The notes below the pieces were generated by a model. That model ran no database searches and was not told where the DNA came from. It was given only the letters and a program-made list of their open reading frames with translations. Positions 37,176 to 46,522 of a stretch of 49,782 nt of DNA are shown piece after piece (positions within the stretch are counted from its first letter, which is position 1; each line of letters begins with the position of its first letter). Origin of the DNA: Ignavibacteriota bacterium (GTDB lineage: Bacteria > Bacteroidota > Ignavibacteria > UBA10030); the NCBI GenBank assembly GCA_003819715.1, contig RPQN01000018.1, positions 1 through 49,782 on the forward strand, given 5' to 3'. The position numbers were made by a program, and so were the translations under genes.

Positions 37176-39938
37176 TCACTGGACAATATTCCCATTGCTG
37201 TCTATCAGTTTTACTTCGCCATAGCCCAGTTCACGAATACCCGCTTCGATCTTTGACCGGTCCCCCACGACGACCCAGACCATATTATCCGGGTGCACGA
37301 CTATTTTTGCCGCGCGGGAGATATTATCAAGAGTAAGACCTTTGATTTTCTTCACAAAGGTTTCAAAATAATCGTTGTTATAATCGAAGCGCACCATCTC
37401 GGCAACGGAGCCCATGACGGCATTGTTGGTCTCCCATGAACCGGGCAATTCGAGAGTCATGCTGCTCTGTACTTTCGCCAGTTCGCCGGAGGTTGCCGGA
37501 CGCGGGCCCAGGATGTCGCGGAACTCCTTGTTCAATTCCATGATCGATTCCTTGGTCTTATCCGTCTGCACAATCCCGTAACCGATGAACGGCTGCTGCC
37601 CGCGGGCATTGAACACGAAACTGCCCGAACCGTAAGACCAGTGTTTATCTTCGCGCAAATTCATATTGATGCGGGAAGTGAATGAGCCGCCGAGAATGGT
37701 ATTCATCGCTTCAATTGCAATGGCATCCGGATTGTTCTTCGGCAGAGTGAGATTTGCCGGGAAAATGATTGACTGCCCTGCACCGGGTTTATCTAAAATG
37801 TAAACACTCGGGTGAGCCGGCAGGTTGATGGTCGCAAGATTCTTTTTCGGTACATCCCCCGCTTTCCATCCGCTGAATAATTTTTCGAGCCGCGGTTTTA
37901 ATTCGCCCAGGGTGATATCGCCAACCACAATCATCGTCGCGATATTCGGCTTGATCCATGTCTGGTAGAATTTTACCATATCATCGCGGTTCATTTTCGC
38001 AACCGACTCTTCCGTGCCGGAGCCGGTGAGCGGAGTACTGTACGCATGATTGCTCCCATAGAGCAATTTCGGCATTACGCGGTATCCCATTTGAATAGGC
38101 TGGGTTTTTTCCCGCTGGATGCCGGCGATGGTTTGTTTCTGCAGACGGTCAAAATCCTCCTTCGGGAATGACGGTTTCAGTACCACATCGGCAAATATCG
38201 CAAGCGATGCATCCAGGTTTGATTTCAGCGCAGAGAGAGACACCGTGGACATATCGAGATTCGATCCGGTACCCAGGTTTGCACCGAGCATGGCCAGTTC
38301 ATCGCTGATCTGGAGCGCATTTCGAGTCGCAGTTCCTTCGTCCATCATATTCATTGCAAGATTTGCCGTGCCGGGTGCGGCAAACTGGTCGGCCGCATAT
38401 CCCGCATCAAACAATAAATTAAAATTGACTACCGGCACCGATTTCCGTTCGGCGAGGATCACTTTAAGTCCGTTGGAGAGGACCGTGCGTTCGAGTTTCG
38501 GAAACGTTGCCTCAGGCGCTTCGCCGACTTTCGGCAGTGTTTTACGGACGGTGGTATCCTGTTGGGATTCGGAATAATTCGGGAACGGGAATATTTCCAG
38601 AACGTACGCGCCGTCGGAGAGCCATTCCTTTGCAGCATCCTGCAGATCCTTTATCGTAGCATTTTGAATCCGTTTGAGCGTCGTTTTATAAAAATCCGGT
38701 GAGCCGCCGTACACCTGATTCATTGCAAGGATGTCGGACTTTCCGCCGAATCCGCCGATGCGTTCAATACCGCGGACAAATCGCGCGAGCGACTGGGTTT
38801 TTACCCGTTCCAGTTCTTTTTCCGTCGGGCCGGATTTTATCAGCTTCGCAAGCTCCTCATTGACCGCGGCTTCGACTTTTTTCAGATCGTCGCCCGGTTT
38901 TGCCGTGGCTTCGATATAGAATTGACTGGCAATTTCCCGCTCATCAAGATATGAGTTCACATTTGTTGCAATCTGGTCATCGTAGACCAGCCGCTTATAG
39001 AGGCGCGATGTTTTTCCCGAGGCAAGAACATTGGTCAGGAGTTTTAAATATTCAAATTCCGGCGTTCCCCAAGCGGGCATATTCCATACTTTGTAGAGAC
39101 GCGCCTGCGGTACTCGATCCTGTGCGGACTGCCTCTGCTCACCCGTCCGCTTTGCGGTCCAGGAATTGAAATGCGCCACCGGAGGGCCGGAGGGAATGTC
39201 CCCGAAATATTTCTTCACTTTTTCCAGGGCCGTGTTCGCGTCAATATCGCCCGCAACGACCAGGACGGCGTTCGCCGCGCCGTAATATGTTTTAAACCAC
39301 TCTTTCACATCGTCAAGTGATGCCGCATTGAGATCCTCCATCGAACCGATCACCGTGTGCGCGTACGGATGCGTTGCCGGCCACGTCGCTTTCGTGATCA
39401 GTTCTTCCGCGACCGCATAGGGCTGATTATCTCCCTGCCTTTTTTCGTTTTGCACGACGCCGCGCTGTTCATCCAGTTTCTTCTGGCTGATCACGCCGAC
39501 GAGATGCCCCATACGATCCGATTCCATCCAGAGGGCAAGATCCACCGCGCTCACCGGAACATTCTGAAAGTAATTCGTTCGATCCTCGCTGGTGGTCCCA
39601 TTAAGATCGGTTGCCCCCACGCGCTCGAGCGCCTGGAAATAATCGTCATCAAAATTTTCGCTGCCGTTGAACATCAAATGTTCAAACAGATGCGCAAAGC
39701 CCGTCCGCCGTTCTTTTTCATTTTTCGATCCGACGTGATACCATACGTTCACCGCGACGATGGGCGCTTTATGATCCTCGTGCACGAGCAGGGTGAGGCC
39801 GTTCTCCAGAACGATTTTTTTATACTGAATATCGATTTCCGGAAGGTTCTTCTTGGGAGATTGTTTTTGCGCAACCGTGAGAAGAGGAATTGCCGAAAAG
39901 GCGAAGAAGACTAAACCGAACAGCAAAAATGTTCTCAT
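37176..39938 (-). CDS. M16 family zinc protease (pitrilysin/PqqL-like), exported
   Basis: Inverted zinc motif HLFEH, with duplicated M16 halves. AAGGAGG RBS before ATG 39938 and a signal peptide. Confidence 0.92.
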   Translation of the reverse strand: MRTFLLFGLVFFAFSAIPLLTVAQKQSPKKNLPEIDIQYKKIVLENGLTLLVHEDHKAPIVAVNVWYHVGSKNEKERRTGFAHLFEHLMFNGSENFDDDYFQALERVGATDLNGTTSEDRTNYFQNVPVSAVDLALWMESDRMGHLVGVISQKKLDEQRGVVQNEKRQGDNQPYAVAEELITKATWPATHPYAHTVIGSMEDLNAASLDDVKEWFKTYYGAANAVLVVAGDIDANTALEKVKKYFGDIPSGPPVAHFNSWTAKRTGEQRQSAQDRVPQARLYKVWNMPAWGTPEFEYLKLLTNVLASGKTSRLYKRLVYDDQIATNVNSYLDEREIASQFYIEATAKPGDDLKKVEAAVNEELAKLIKSGPTEKELERVKTQSLARFVRGIERIGGFGGKSDILAMNQVYGGSPDFYKTTLKRIQNATIKDLQDAAKEWLSDGAYVLEIFPFPNYSESQQDTTVRKTLPKVGEAPEATFPKLERTVLSNGLKVILAERKSVPVVNFNLLFDAGYAADQFAAPGTANLAMNMMDEGTATRNALQISDELAMLGANLGTGSNLDMSTVSLSALKSNLDASLAIFADVVLKPSFPKEDFDRLQKQTIAGIQREKTQPIQMGYRVMPKLLYGSNHAYSTPLTGSGTEESVAKMNRDDMVKFYQTWIKPNIATMIVVGDITLGELKPRLEKLFSGWKAGDVPKKNLATINLPAHPSVYILDKPGAGQSIIFPANLTLPKNNPDAIAIEAMNTILGGSFTSRINMNLREDKHWSYGSGSFVFNARGQQPFIGYGIVQTDKTKESIMELNKEFRDILGPRPATSGELAKVQSSMTLELPGSWETNNAVMGSVAEMVRFDYNNDYFETFVKKIKGLTLDNISRAAKIVVHPDNMVWVVVGDRSKIEAGIRELGYGEVKLIDSNGNIVQ

Positions 39939-40068
39939 AGATCCTCCTTGGATTGAAAGTGATGTGAAATAAATTGAATATAAGACGAGATATTGTAGTG
40001 TCATCGACTGTTGTTATAACGGATGAACAGGGTAAAAGTTGTGACTGGAAGCGTCCGGATTCCTCTTT

Positions 40069-40836
40069 TTAAGACAAGAAGTCAAGAACGACCTCTGTGA
40101 ATTCCTCCCGTGCATCTACATGAACCCAATGCCCGGCGTTTTTTATGGTCACAAGCTCGGCTGCCGGAAAGAGCTGTCCAATGAGAGGGAGATCGTCCAT
40201 CTGGATGTATTCCGATTTTTCACCCCGGATAAACAGGGCCGGACGCACATATTGATGGTCCCGCGGGAGTTCCTTATAGATCTGTTCATTATTTTTTTCA
40301 ATAGCCCGGAGATTCAATTTCCAACGAAACAGGCCGGAATCATCGCGCATTAAATTCTTTAAAAGAAATTGACGCACGGATACCTCGGGTATTTTCATTG
40401 CAAGCGCTTCATCGATATCTTTTCGATAGTGAAAACCGCTCAAATCAAGAGACATCATCGCTTCCAGTACTTGATCGTGATGCTCTTGATACGATCTCGG
40501 TGCGATATCTACAACAATCAGTCTGTTCACAAGTTCCGGATGAAGCAGTGCGGTCAGTGCTGCGGTTTTTCCGCCCATGGAATGCCCGAGGAATGAAGCG
40601 GAAGAAATGTGATGCTGCATCATAAACTCCACCATATCTTCTGCCATCGCCGGATAGTTAAAGACATCACGATGCGGTGAACGTCCATGATTTCGGGCAT
40701 CGGGAATGTATGTCCGGAATTGTTCGCCGAATAATTTCCCGTACGAATGCCAGTTCTCCGACAAACCGAACAACCCGTGGAGAATGATGAGTGCCGGCGA
40801 CGACTCAGAACCATATGCGTTATAATGAAGTTGCAT
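40069..40836 (-). CDS. Alpha/beta hydrolase, YbfF-like esterase
   Basis: Motifs HGLFG, DARNHG, GHSMGGK, VDIAP and AGHWVH. Confidence 0.88.
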   Translation of the reverse strand: MQLHYNAYGSESSPALIILHGLFGLSENWHSYGKLFGEQFRTYIPDARNHGRSPHRDVFNYPAMAEDMVEFMMQHHISSASFLGHSMGGKTAALTALLHPELVNRLIVVDIAPRSYQEHHDQVLEAMMSLDLSGFHYRKDIDEALAMKIPEVSVRQFLLKNLMRDDSGLFRWKLNLRAIEKNNEQIYKELPRDHQYVRPALFIRGEKSEYIQMDDLPLIGQLFPAAELVTIKNAGHWVHVDAREEFTEVVLDFLS

Positions 40837-40906
40837 TGATGTTGACTGGATAGACGATACTCACGCACCGCATGGTGAATACTCGAATGAAGAGATGTCA
40901 AATCAT

Positions 40907-41920
40907 TTATAACAAAACAATATTGTTCCGTTTGAATTCCGCAATCATTTCTTCCGGCCAGATACTTGCTTGAATTTCGCCGATATGTGCTTTGTGGAGA
41001 TAAAGCATACAGAGGCGCGATTGACCGATGCCGCCTCCGATGGAAAGCGGCAGTTCATCATTCATCAACCGTTGATGAAATTTCAAATTCAACCGGTGTT
41101 CCTGTCCGGAAAGACCGAGTTGTTTTTTAAGAACACCCTTATCAACACGGATGCCCATCGACGACAGTTCGAAGGCGCATTCGGTCACCGGATTCCAGAC
41201 AAAAATATCGCCGTTCAGAGTCCAGTCGTCATAATCGGGTGCGCGCCCGTCATGCCTGGTGCCGTCTGCAAGGTTTCCCCCAATGCCGATAATAAACACC
41301 GCCCTGTGTTCGCGGACAATGGCATCTTCCCGTTCCTGGGGAGTGAGCGTGGGATATCGTTTCAACAATTCTTCAGAATGAATAAATGTAATCTTTTCAG
41401 GAAGGATGGGTTTTAATACGGGATATTCATAATAGACATATAATTCCGTCCGGCGGATGACGTCATAAATCGTTTCAACGGTCCGTTGAAGGTAGGCCAG
41501 CGTCCGCTGTTCGGCGGTGATCACTTTTTCCCAATCCCATTGGTCGACGTAGAGAGAATGGAGATTATCCAGCGTTTCATCCGCCCGGATCGCATTCATG
41601 TCCGTATAGATCCCGGATCCGACGGGGATGGAATAGTCGGCAAGCGCCATTCGTTTCCACTTTGCCAGGGAATGGACTACTTCCGCCTCCTGATCGTGAA
41701 GGTGACGGATCTTAAAAGCCACAGGCCGTTCTATACCGTTGAGATCGTCATTAACCCCGGTTCCTTTTAACACAAAAATCGGGGCGGTCATCCGCTTCAG
41801 ATCCAGTTCGAGTGCAAGATTCAACTGGAAAAAATCCTTGATCCTCATAATCGCCTGTTCCGTGGTATGCAAATCCAGCACCGGATGATATCCTTTCGGA
41901 ATAAAGAAACCTCTCGGCAT
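40907..41920 (-). CDS. asnA: Aspartate-ammonia ligase
   Basis: Motifs NDDLNG.ER, VHSLAKWKR, VDQWDWE, RAPDYDDW, SSMGIRV and GGGIGQSR. Start set to ATG 41920. Confidence 0.95.
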   Translation of the reverse strand: MPRGFFIPKGYHPVLDLHTTEQAIMRIKDFFQLNLALELDLKRMTAPIFVLKGTGVNDDLNGIERPVAFKIRHLHDQEAEVVHSLAKWKRMALADYSIPVGSGIYTDMNAIRADETLDNLHSLYVDQWDWEKVITAEQRTLAYLQRTVETIYDVIRRTELYVYYEYPVLKPILPEKITFIHSEELLKRYPTLTPQEREDAIVREHRAVFIIGIGGNLADGTRHDGRAPDYDDWTLNGDIFVWNPVTECAFELSSMGIRVDKGVLKKQLGLSGQEHRLNLKFHQRLMNDELPLSIGGGIGQSRLCMLYLHKAHIGEIQASIWPEEMIAEFKRNNIVLL

Positions 41921-42039
41921 AACTGCACTCCTTTGAATGAAATGTTCCCTGGGACGTCCCTTCTGAAAATCGGAAAGGATTAGCGGAAAAGCAATTGTTC
42001 CGCCATTTTGCATCTCGATTGCCCGCTTGTTACATTTAA

Positions 42040-42984
42040 TTGAAAGAACCATCAATAAAAGGAATCGATCGGTTGAACTCTGCTTCCTTGACACTTGAAC
42101 TGCCTGGAGATTTTGATTTTTTGCGGACGGTGTACAGCCATGGCTGGTGTTCGCTGCGCCCGTTCAGTGTAGACAAAGAACATCGTGCATTGAACCGTAT
42201 CTTGACGTTAGCTGACCAATCTCTCGTCCATTGCTCAATTTCCGATCAGAGAAATTCGCAACTGGAAATTAAAACGACAAGTCCCGGACGCCTGACGGCT
42301 GCCCAGCGTTCCGACGTCGTCGGGCAAATTGCATCCTGTTTACGGTTGACCGAAGATTTTTCCGCTTTCTACCGCGAAATCCGGAGAACCCCGGACTATC
42401 GATGGATTGCCAAAATCAAGGCAGGACGGATGCTGCGTTCGCCGACGGTCTTTGAAGATATTGTCAAAATGATCTGCACAACCAATTGCAGCTGGGCGCT
42501 CACGGAAATCATGATCAACAATCTCGTGGGACAACTCGGCAGCGCATTCGACGGCGTCAATTATTCTTTTCCATCGCCGGACGCGCTTGCCGGAACCACC
42601 GACCGGTTTCTCCGGAAGAACATAAAAGCCGGTTACCGCTCGCCATTCCTCCTGGAATTCGCGGAACGGGTCGCCGGCGGGAAATTAGACGTTGAATGCT
42701 GGCGCTCGTCCGAACTCCCGACTGTTGAGCTCTTCACGGCACTCCGCTCCATTAAAGGGGTTGGCGTTTACTCGGCAGGAAACATTTTAAAACTGCTTGG
42801 CCGGTATGATTATCTCGGCCTCGATTCGTGGTCGCGCGGAAGATACTACGAACTCCATCATCGGGGGAGAACCGTCAGCGACCGTACTATTGAACGCCGG
42901 TATCGCGAATTCGGAATATGGCGCGGGTTATTTTTCTGGCTCGAAATGACGAAGTATTGGTACGAACACGAATTTCCATTTTGA
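42040..42984 (+). CDS. HhH-GPD DNA glycosylase (AlkA/OGG1-like)
   Basis: Motifs RSPTVFEDIVKMICTTN, FPSPDAL, GYR and IKGVGVYSA. Confidence 0.8.
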   Translation: MKEPSIKGIDRLNSASLTLELPGDFDFLRTVYSHGWCSLRPFSVDKEHRALNRILTLADQSLVHCSISDQRNSQLEIKTTSPGRLTAAQRSDVVGQIASCLRLTEDFSAFYREIRRTPDYRWIAKIKAGRMLRSPTVFEDIVKMICTTNCSWALTEIMINNLVGQLGSAFDGVNYSFPSPDALAGTTDRFLRKNIKAGYRSPFLLEFAERVAGGKLDVECWRSSELPTVELFTALRSIKGVGVYSAGNILKLLGRYDYLGLDSWSRGRYYELHHRGRTVSDRTIERRYREFGIWRGLFFWLEMTKYWYEHEFPF

Positions 42985-42985
42985 T

Positions 42986-43822
42986 ATGATCATTCAACTT
43001 CTGCACCGGTTCATTCGTACTCGCTATTCCCGGATGGGATTTACGAGTGAACAATACGAAATCGATTCCTGCCGCCTCCACTCTTTTCAGAAAAAAGGCC
43101 GGGACGGTTCAACCCCCATCGTCTTTCTTCACGGGCTCGGGACATCCTCCAGCACATGGATCAAAGTTCTGAGCGCGCTCCGGAGGAAAGATACTATCGC
43201 CTGTCTTGATTTGCCGGGACACGGTTTTTCAAAAATTAAGAATGGGGATGCGTACTTTACATTGAAACAAATGGACCATGCACTTGATCAATTTATCAAC
43301 CGGTTCACTGCATTACCGGTCATCCTCGTTGGACATTCGCTGGGCGGCTGGCTTGCCGCCCGGTACGCGGTGGACCATCCGGACCGGGTTCGCCGACTTA
43401 TTCTGATCAACCACGCCGGCGTCCAGTACGAAGGAGTCGAGCAACAGAAAGAGGCATTTACGATCAACAGCGTCGAAGATGTCCGGAAGCTCCTTCGACA
43501 GATGTGGTACCATTATCCATGGTATTATCAACCGTTCACTTCATCCATCTACCGCTCTTTAAAGAAAAAACAGATTACTCAATTTATTTCGTCGATCACC
43601 GAAGTGGATTTTCTTAATCCATCGCTCTCATCCTTGACGATGCCGCTTGATATTTTCTGGGGCACCGAGGACCGCCTCATCTCGATGATATCTCTGGAAG
43701 TCATGAAACAGCATGTGCCGCAGTTAAAGGCGTACTTCATTGCCCGCTGCGGTCATGTCCCCCAGCTGGAAAGCCCGCGCGCCCTGGCGGCATTATTCAG
43801 CGGCATTCTTCCTTCACCATAA
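42986..43822 (+). CDS. Alpha/beta hydrolase
   Basis: Motifs HGLG, DLPGHG, GHSLGG, WGTED and CGHVPQLE. Confidence 0.87.
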   Translation: MIIQLLHRFIRTRYSRMGFTSEQYEIDSCRLHSFQKKGRDGSTPIVFLHGLGTSSSTWIKVLSALRRKDTIACLDLPGHGFSKIKNGDAYFTLKQMDHALDQFINRFTALPVILVGHSLGGWLAARYAVDHPDRVRRLILINHAGVQYEGVEQQKEAFTINSVEDVRKLLRQMWYHYPWYYQPFTSSIYRSLKKKQITQFISSITEVDFLNPSLSSLTMPLDIFWGTEDRLISMISLEVMKQHVPQLKAYFIARCGHVPQLESPRALAALFSGILPSP

Positions 43823-43823
43823 A

Positions 43824-43851
43824 AAGCCCGCGGCGTATTTTCCGCGGGCTT
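43824..43851. terminator. Terminator between convergent genes
   Basis: AAGCCCGCGG-N8-CCGCGGGCTT. Confidence 0.75.
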
Positions 43852-43884
43852 CTCGATTCGCCACGAACAGCCGGAATAATTCAG

Positions 43885-44601
43885 TTAATCGGTTTCAGAG
43901 TCTTCAGCAGAATGTTTTGAAGCACCTTCGATGAGGAGTACATATTCGCCGCGGGGCTCCTTCTTTTCCAGTTCGGGAAGTATTGAGGAGATCGGGCCCC
44001 TTACAATTTCCTCAAATTTTTTCGTCAACTCACGGGCAACGACCACCTTACGGCTGCCGAGAGTGGTTTGGATATCCGTTAATGTTTTTATAATGCGGTG
44101 CGGCGATTCGTAAATAATAATTGTGCGTGATTCCGATTTCATCGATTCAAACTTCGTCTTGCGCCCTTTTTTCAGAGGAAGGAATCCTTCGAACACAAAA
44201 CGGTCGGTCGGCAAACCGCCGGCCATGAGGGCCGTAATACATGCGGCCGGGCCGGGAATAGGGACGATAGGGATCCCCTGCTCCAGCGCCTGCTGAACGA
44301 CATGGAATGCCGGATCGGAAATTCCCGGAGTTCCTGCATCGGAGACCAGAGCAACGGACCGGCCTGCAATTAATTTTTCAACCAATTGCGGCGCACGCAC
44401 CTGCTCGTTGTAACTGTAGTAGCTCATCATCGGCTTGCTGATGTTGTAGTGGTCGAGGAGGATCTTGGTTTTCCGTGTATCTTCCGCGGCAATCAGGTCG
44501 ACCGATGCGAGCACCTTCACCGCCCGATAGGTGATATCTTCCAAATTACCGATTGGCGTTGCTACAAGATACAAAGTCCCTGATCGAATAGATTCACTCA
44601 T
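43885..44601 (-). CDS. rsmI: 16S rRNA C1402 2'-O-methyltransferase
   Basis: Motifs LVATPIGNLEDIT, AEDTR, SDAGTPGISDP, YESPHR and RELTKKFEE. Confidence 0.95.
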   Translation of the reverse strand: MSESIRSGTLYLVATPIGNLEDITYRAVKVLASVDLIAAEDTRKTKILLDHYNISKPMMSYYSYNEQVRAPQLVEKLIAGRSVALVSDAGTPGISDPAFHVVQQALEQGIPIVPIPGPAACITALMAGGLPTDRFVFEGFLPLKKGRKTKFESMKSESRTIIIYESPHRIIKTLTDIQTTLGSRKVVVARELTKKFEEIVRGPISSILPELEKKEPRGEYVLLIEGASKHSAEDSETD

Positions 44602-44763
44602 AAATGATATTTCCTCGTATGTCCATCATCAATATAAAGATCAAAAATGATACTTGAAATGTTTTCCTGTATTACTAATTGCTTCTGAAAATCCATATAG
44701 TTATTATTTTATCCATGAACATAATCGATTCGGACATTTCTTATATTTTAATAGGAGTCGGCC

Positions 44764-45585
44764 TTGAAAATAGTATATTATCTGCCGGATGTTTTGAATC
44801 CATTTTGGAACCTGGTAGTCTCTGGTATTGAACAAAGCGCAAAACAAGGTGGCGTTGGTTTTGAGGCTATAAGTGCAAATCATAGTGATAGCCTGCAGAA
44901 CTCCCAGTTGAAAGCATTTAAGGGAAAAAGACCTGATGCAATTTTAATTTCACCTATAGATTTGAAAACAATTGATCAGATTGGCCCAATCACTTCCGAA
45001 GCGGGCGTACCAATAATAGTTATTGATCAGTATATAAAGGCGAATGTAACTGCTTGTATAATATCGGGTAACCTTCGAGGGGGGACTGCTGCAGGAAAAT
45101 ATTTTATAGACCAATTAAGCAAAGGCGGCCGTATAGTTCATATTCAAGCAGAGGATTTTGAGAATGCGAGAATGCGCAGGAAAAGTTTTATTAATAAAAT
45201 TACACAACAAAGAGATTTCACTATTATTAAAACGATACAAGCGGACGGTAACCGAAATAAAGCGTATGAGCAGATAATAGCATTCTTGAGAGAAGGAATT
45301 ACTTTCGATGGATTGTTTGCAGAAAACGATGCGATGGCTTTAGGTGCGATTCACGCACTTAAGGAAAAGCGGTTTTCTCCGTGGCCTATTGTGGTCGGGT
45401 TTGATGGTGTTCAGGAAGCGCTGGATGCCATACGCGAAGGATCTCTGTCTGCAACAATTGCGCAAGATCCTGTTACCATGGGCAAGAAAGCGTTTGAAGT
45501 TGCATTAAAAATTATTCAGAAGAACCCCTATGAAGAATTGACAACTATTATGCCGAATTTAGTTACCCGTGCAAATTTGAGTTGA
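44764..45585 (+). CDS. RbsB/LacI-type sugar-binding domain protein lacking a signal peptide
   Basis: Motifs NPFW, IPIIVID-like VPIIVID, AENDAMALGA, VVGFDG and ATIAQDP. AGGAG RBS before TTG 44764. Confidence 0.8.
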   Translation: MKIVYYLPDVLNPFWNLVVSGIEQSAKQGGVGFEAISANHSDSLQNSQLKAFKGKRPDAILISPIDLKTIDQIGPITSEAGVPIIVIDQYIKANVTACIISGNLRGGTAAGKYFIDQLSKGGRIVHIQAEDFENARMRRKSFINKITQQRDFTIIKTIQADGNRNKAYEQIIAFLREGITFDGLFAENDAMALGAIHALKEKRFSPWPIVVGFDGVQEALDAIREGSLSATIAQDPVTMGKKAFEVALKIIQKNPYEELTTIMPNLVTRANLS

Positions 45586-45622
45586 GTTTTTTCGAACCAA
45601 TCATAGGAAGATGTGTAATCTT

Positions 45623-46468
45623 CTATATTCCCCAATCCCGTACATACCGAAAGTCGACGTTGACGGTCCGGTACGAAACTTTTGCGATCAACGGCGGGCG
45701 CCGCTTAAACTGGTTCTTCTGAATCATCAGACGAATCTTCTTAATGAGCGGAGCATCGAAATTCAATTTTAACAATTCTTCATCAGTGCGCCGCTCGTCG
45801 ACCATCTCGTAGAGGAGCGCATCGAGTGTGGCGTACGTGACGCCCATTTCATTTTCATCCGTCTGCCCTTCCCAGAGATCAGCCGACGGGGCTTTCTCGA
45901 TCACCGGTTTCGGAATTCCCAGCGCTTCCGCGAGCTGCCAGATCTGCGATTTGTAAAGATCGCCCAGCGGATTGATCGCACAGGCGAGATCCCCATGCTG
46001 TGTTCCATACCCGACGAGAATTTCCGTTTTGTTGCTCGTGCCGATCACGAGCGCGTTTTCCCGCGCCGAGAGGTCGTAGAGCACAATCATCCGCATACGG
46101 GCCATCACATTGCCCCGCCGAAGCGAGTCGGTGATGTTGTTCTCATCGCAATATCCGTCCACCATCCTCGTGATATCGACGAGTTCGGATGTGATGCCGG
46201 TGGATTGGATAACGAGCTTTGCATCTTCCACACTTTTCGGATTGCTGGTGCGGTATGGGATCATGACGCCGAGGACATGTTCCTTGCCCAGCGCCTCCGC
46301 GGCAAGCGCCGCAGAAACGGCAGAATCGACACCCCCGGACACGCCGATCACCGCCTTGGTAAATCCCGCATTCGACGTCTGATCTTTGATAAACCGGACG
46401 AGCAGTTCCCGCACGATCTTCGTATTGAGTTTGAGATCTGCCCGATTGGTGCGGTGTGAAGTTTCCAT
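45623..46468 (-). CDS. nadE: NH3-dependent NAD+ synthetase
   Basis: Motifs SGGVDS, NVMARMRM, GTSNKTE and PSADLWEGQTDE. No glutaminase domain. Confidence 0.95.
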   Translation of the reverse strand: METSHRTNRADLKLNTKIVRELLVRFIKDQTSNAGFTKAVIGVSGGVDSAVSAALAAEALGKEHVLGVMIPYRTSNPKSVEDAKLVIQSTGITSELVDITRMVDGYCDENNITDSLRRGNVMARMRMIVLYDLSARENALVIGTSNKTEILVGYGTQHGDLACAINPLGDLYKSQIWQLAEALGIPKPVIEKAPSADLWEGQTDENEMGVTYATLDALLYEMVDERRTDEELLKLNFDAPLIKKIRLMIQKNQFKRRPPLIAKVSYRTVNVDFRYVRDWGI

Positions 46469-46522
46469 TTTTACGACCTTCTCAATTATCGATAATACTC
46501 TTTGTCATGATTGATAGTACTT

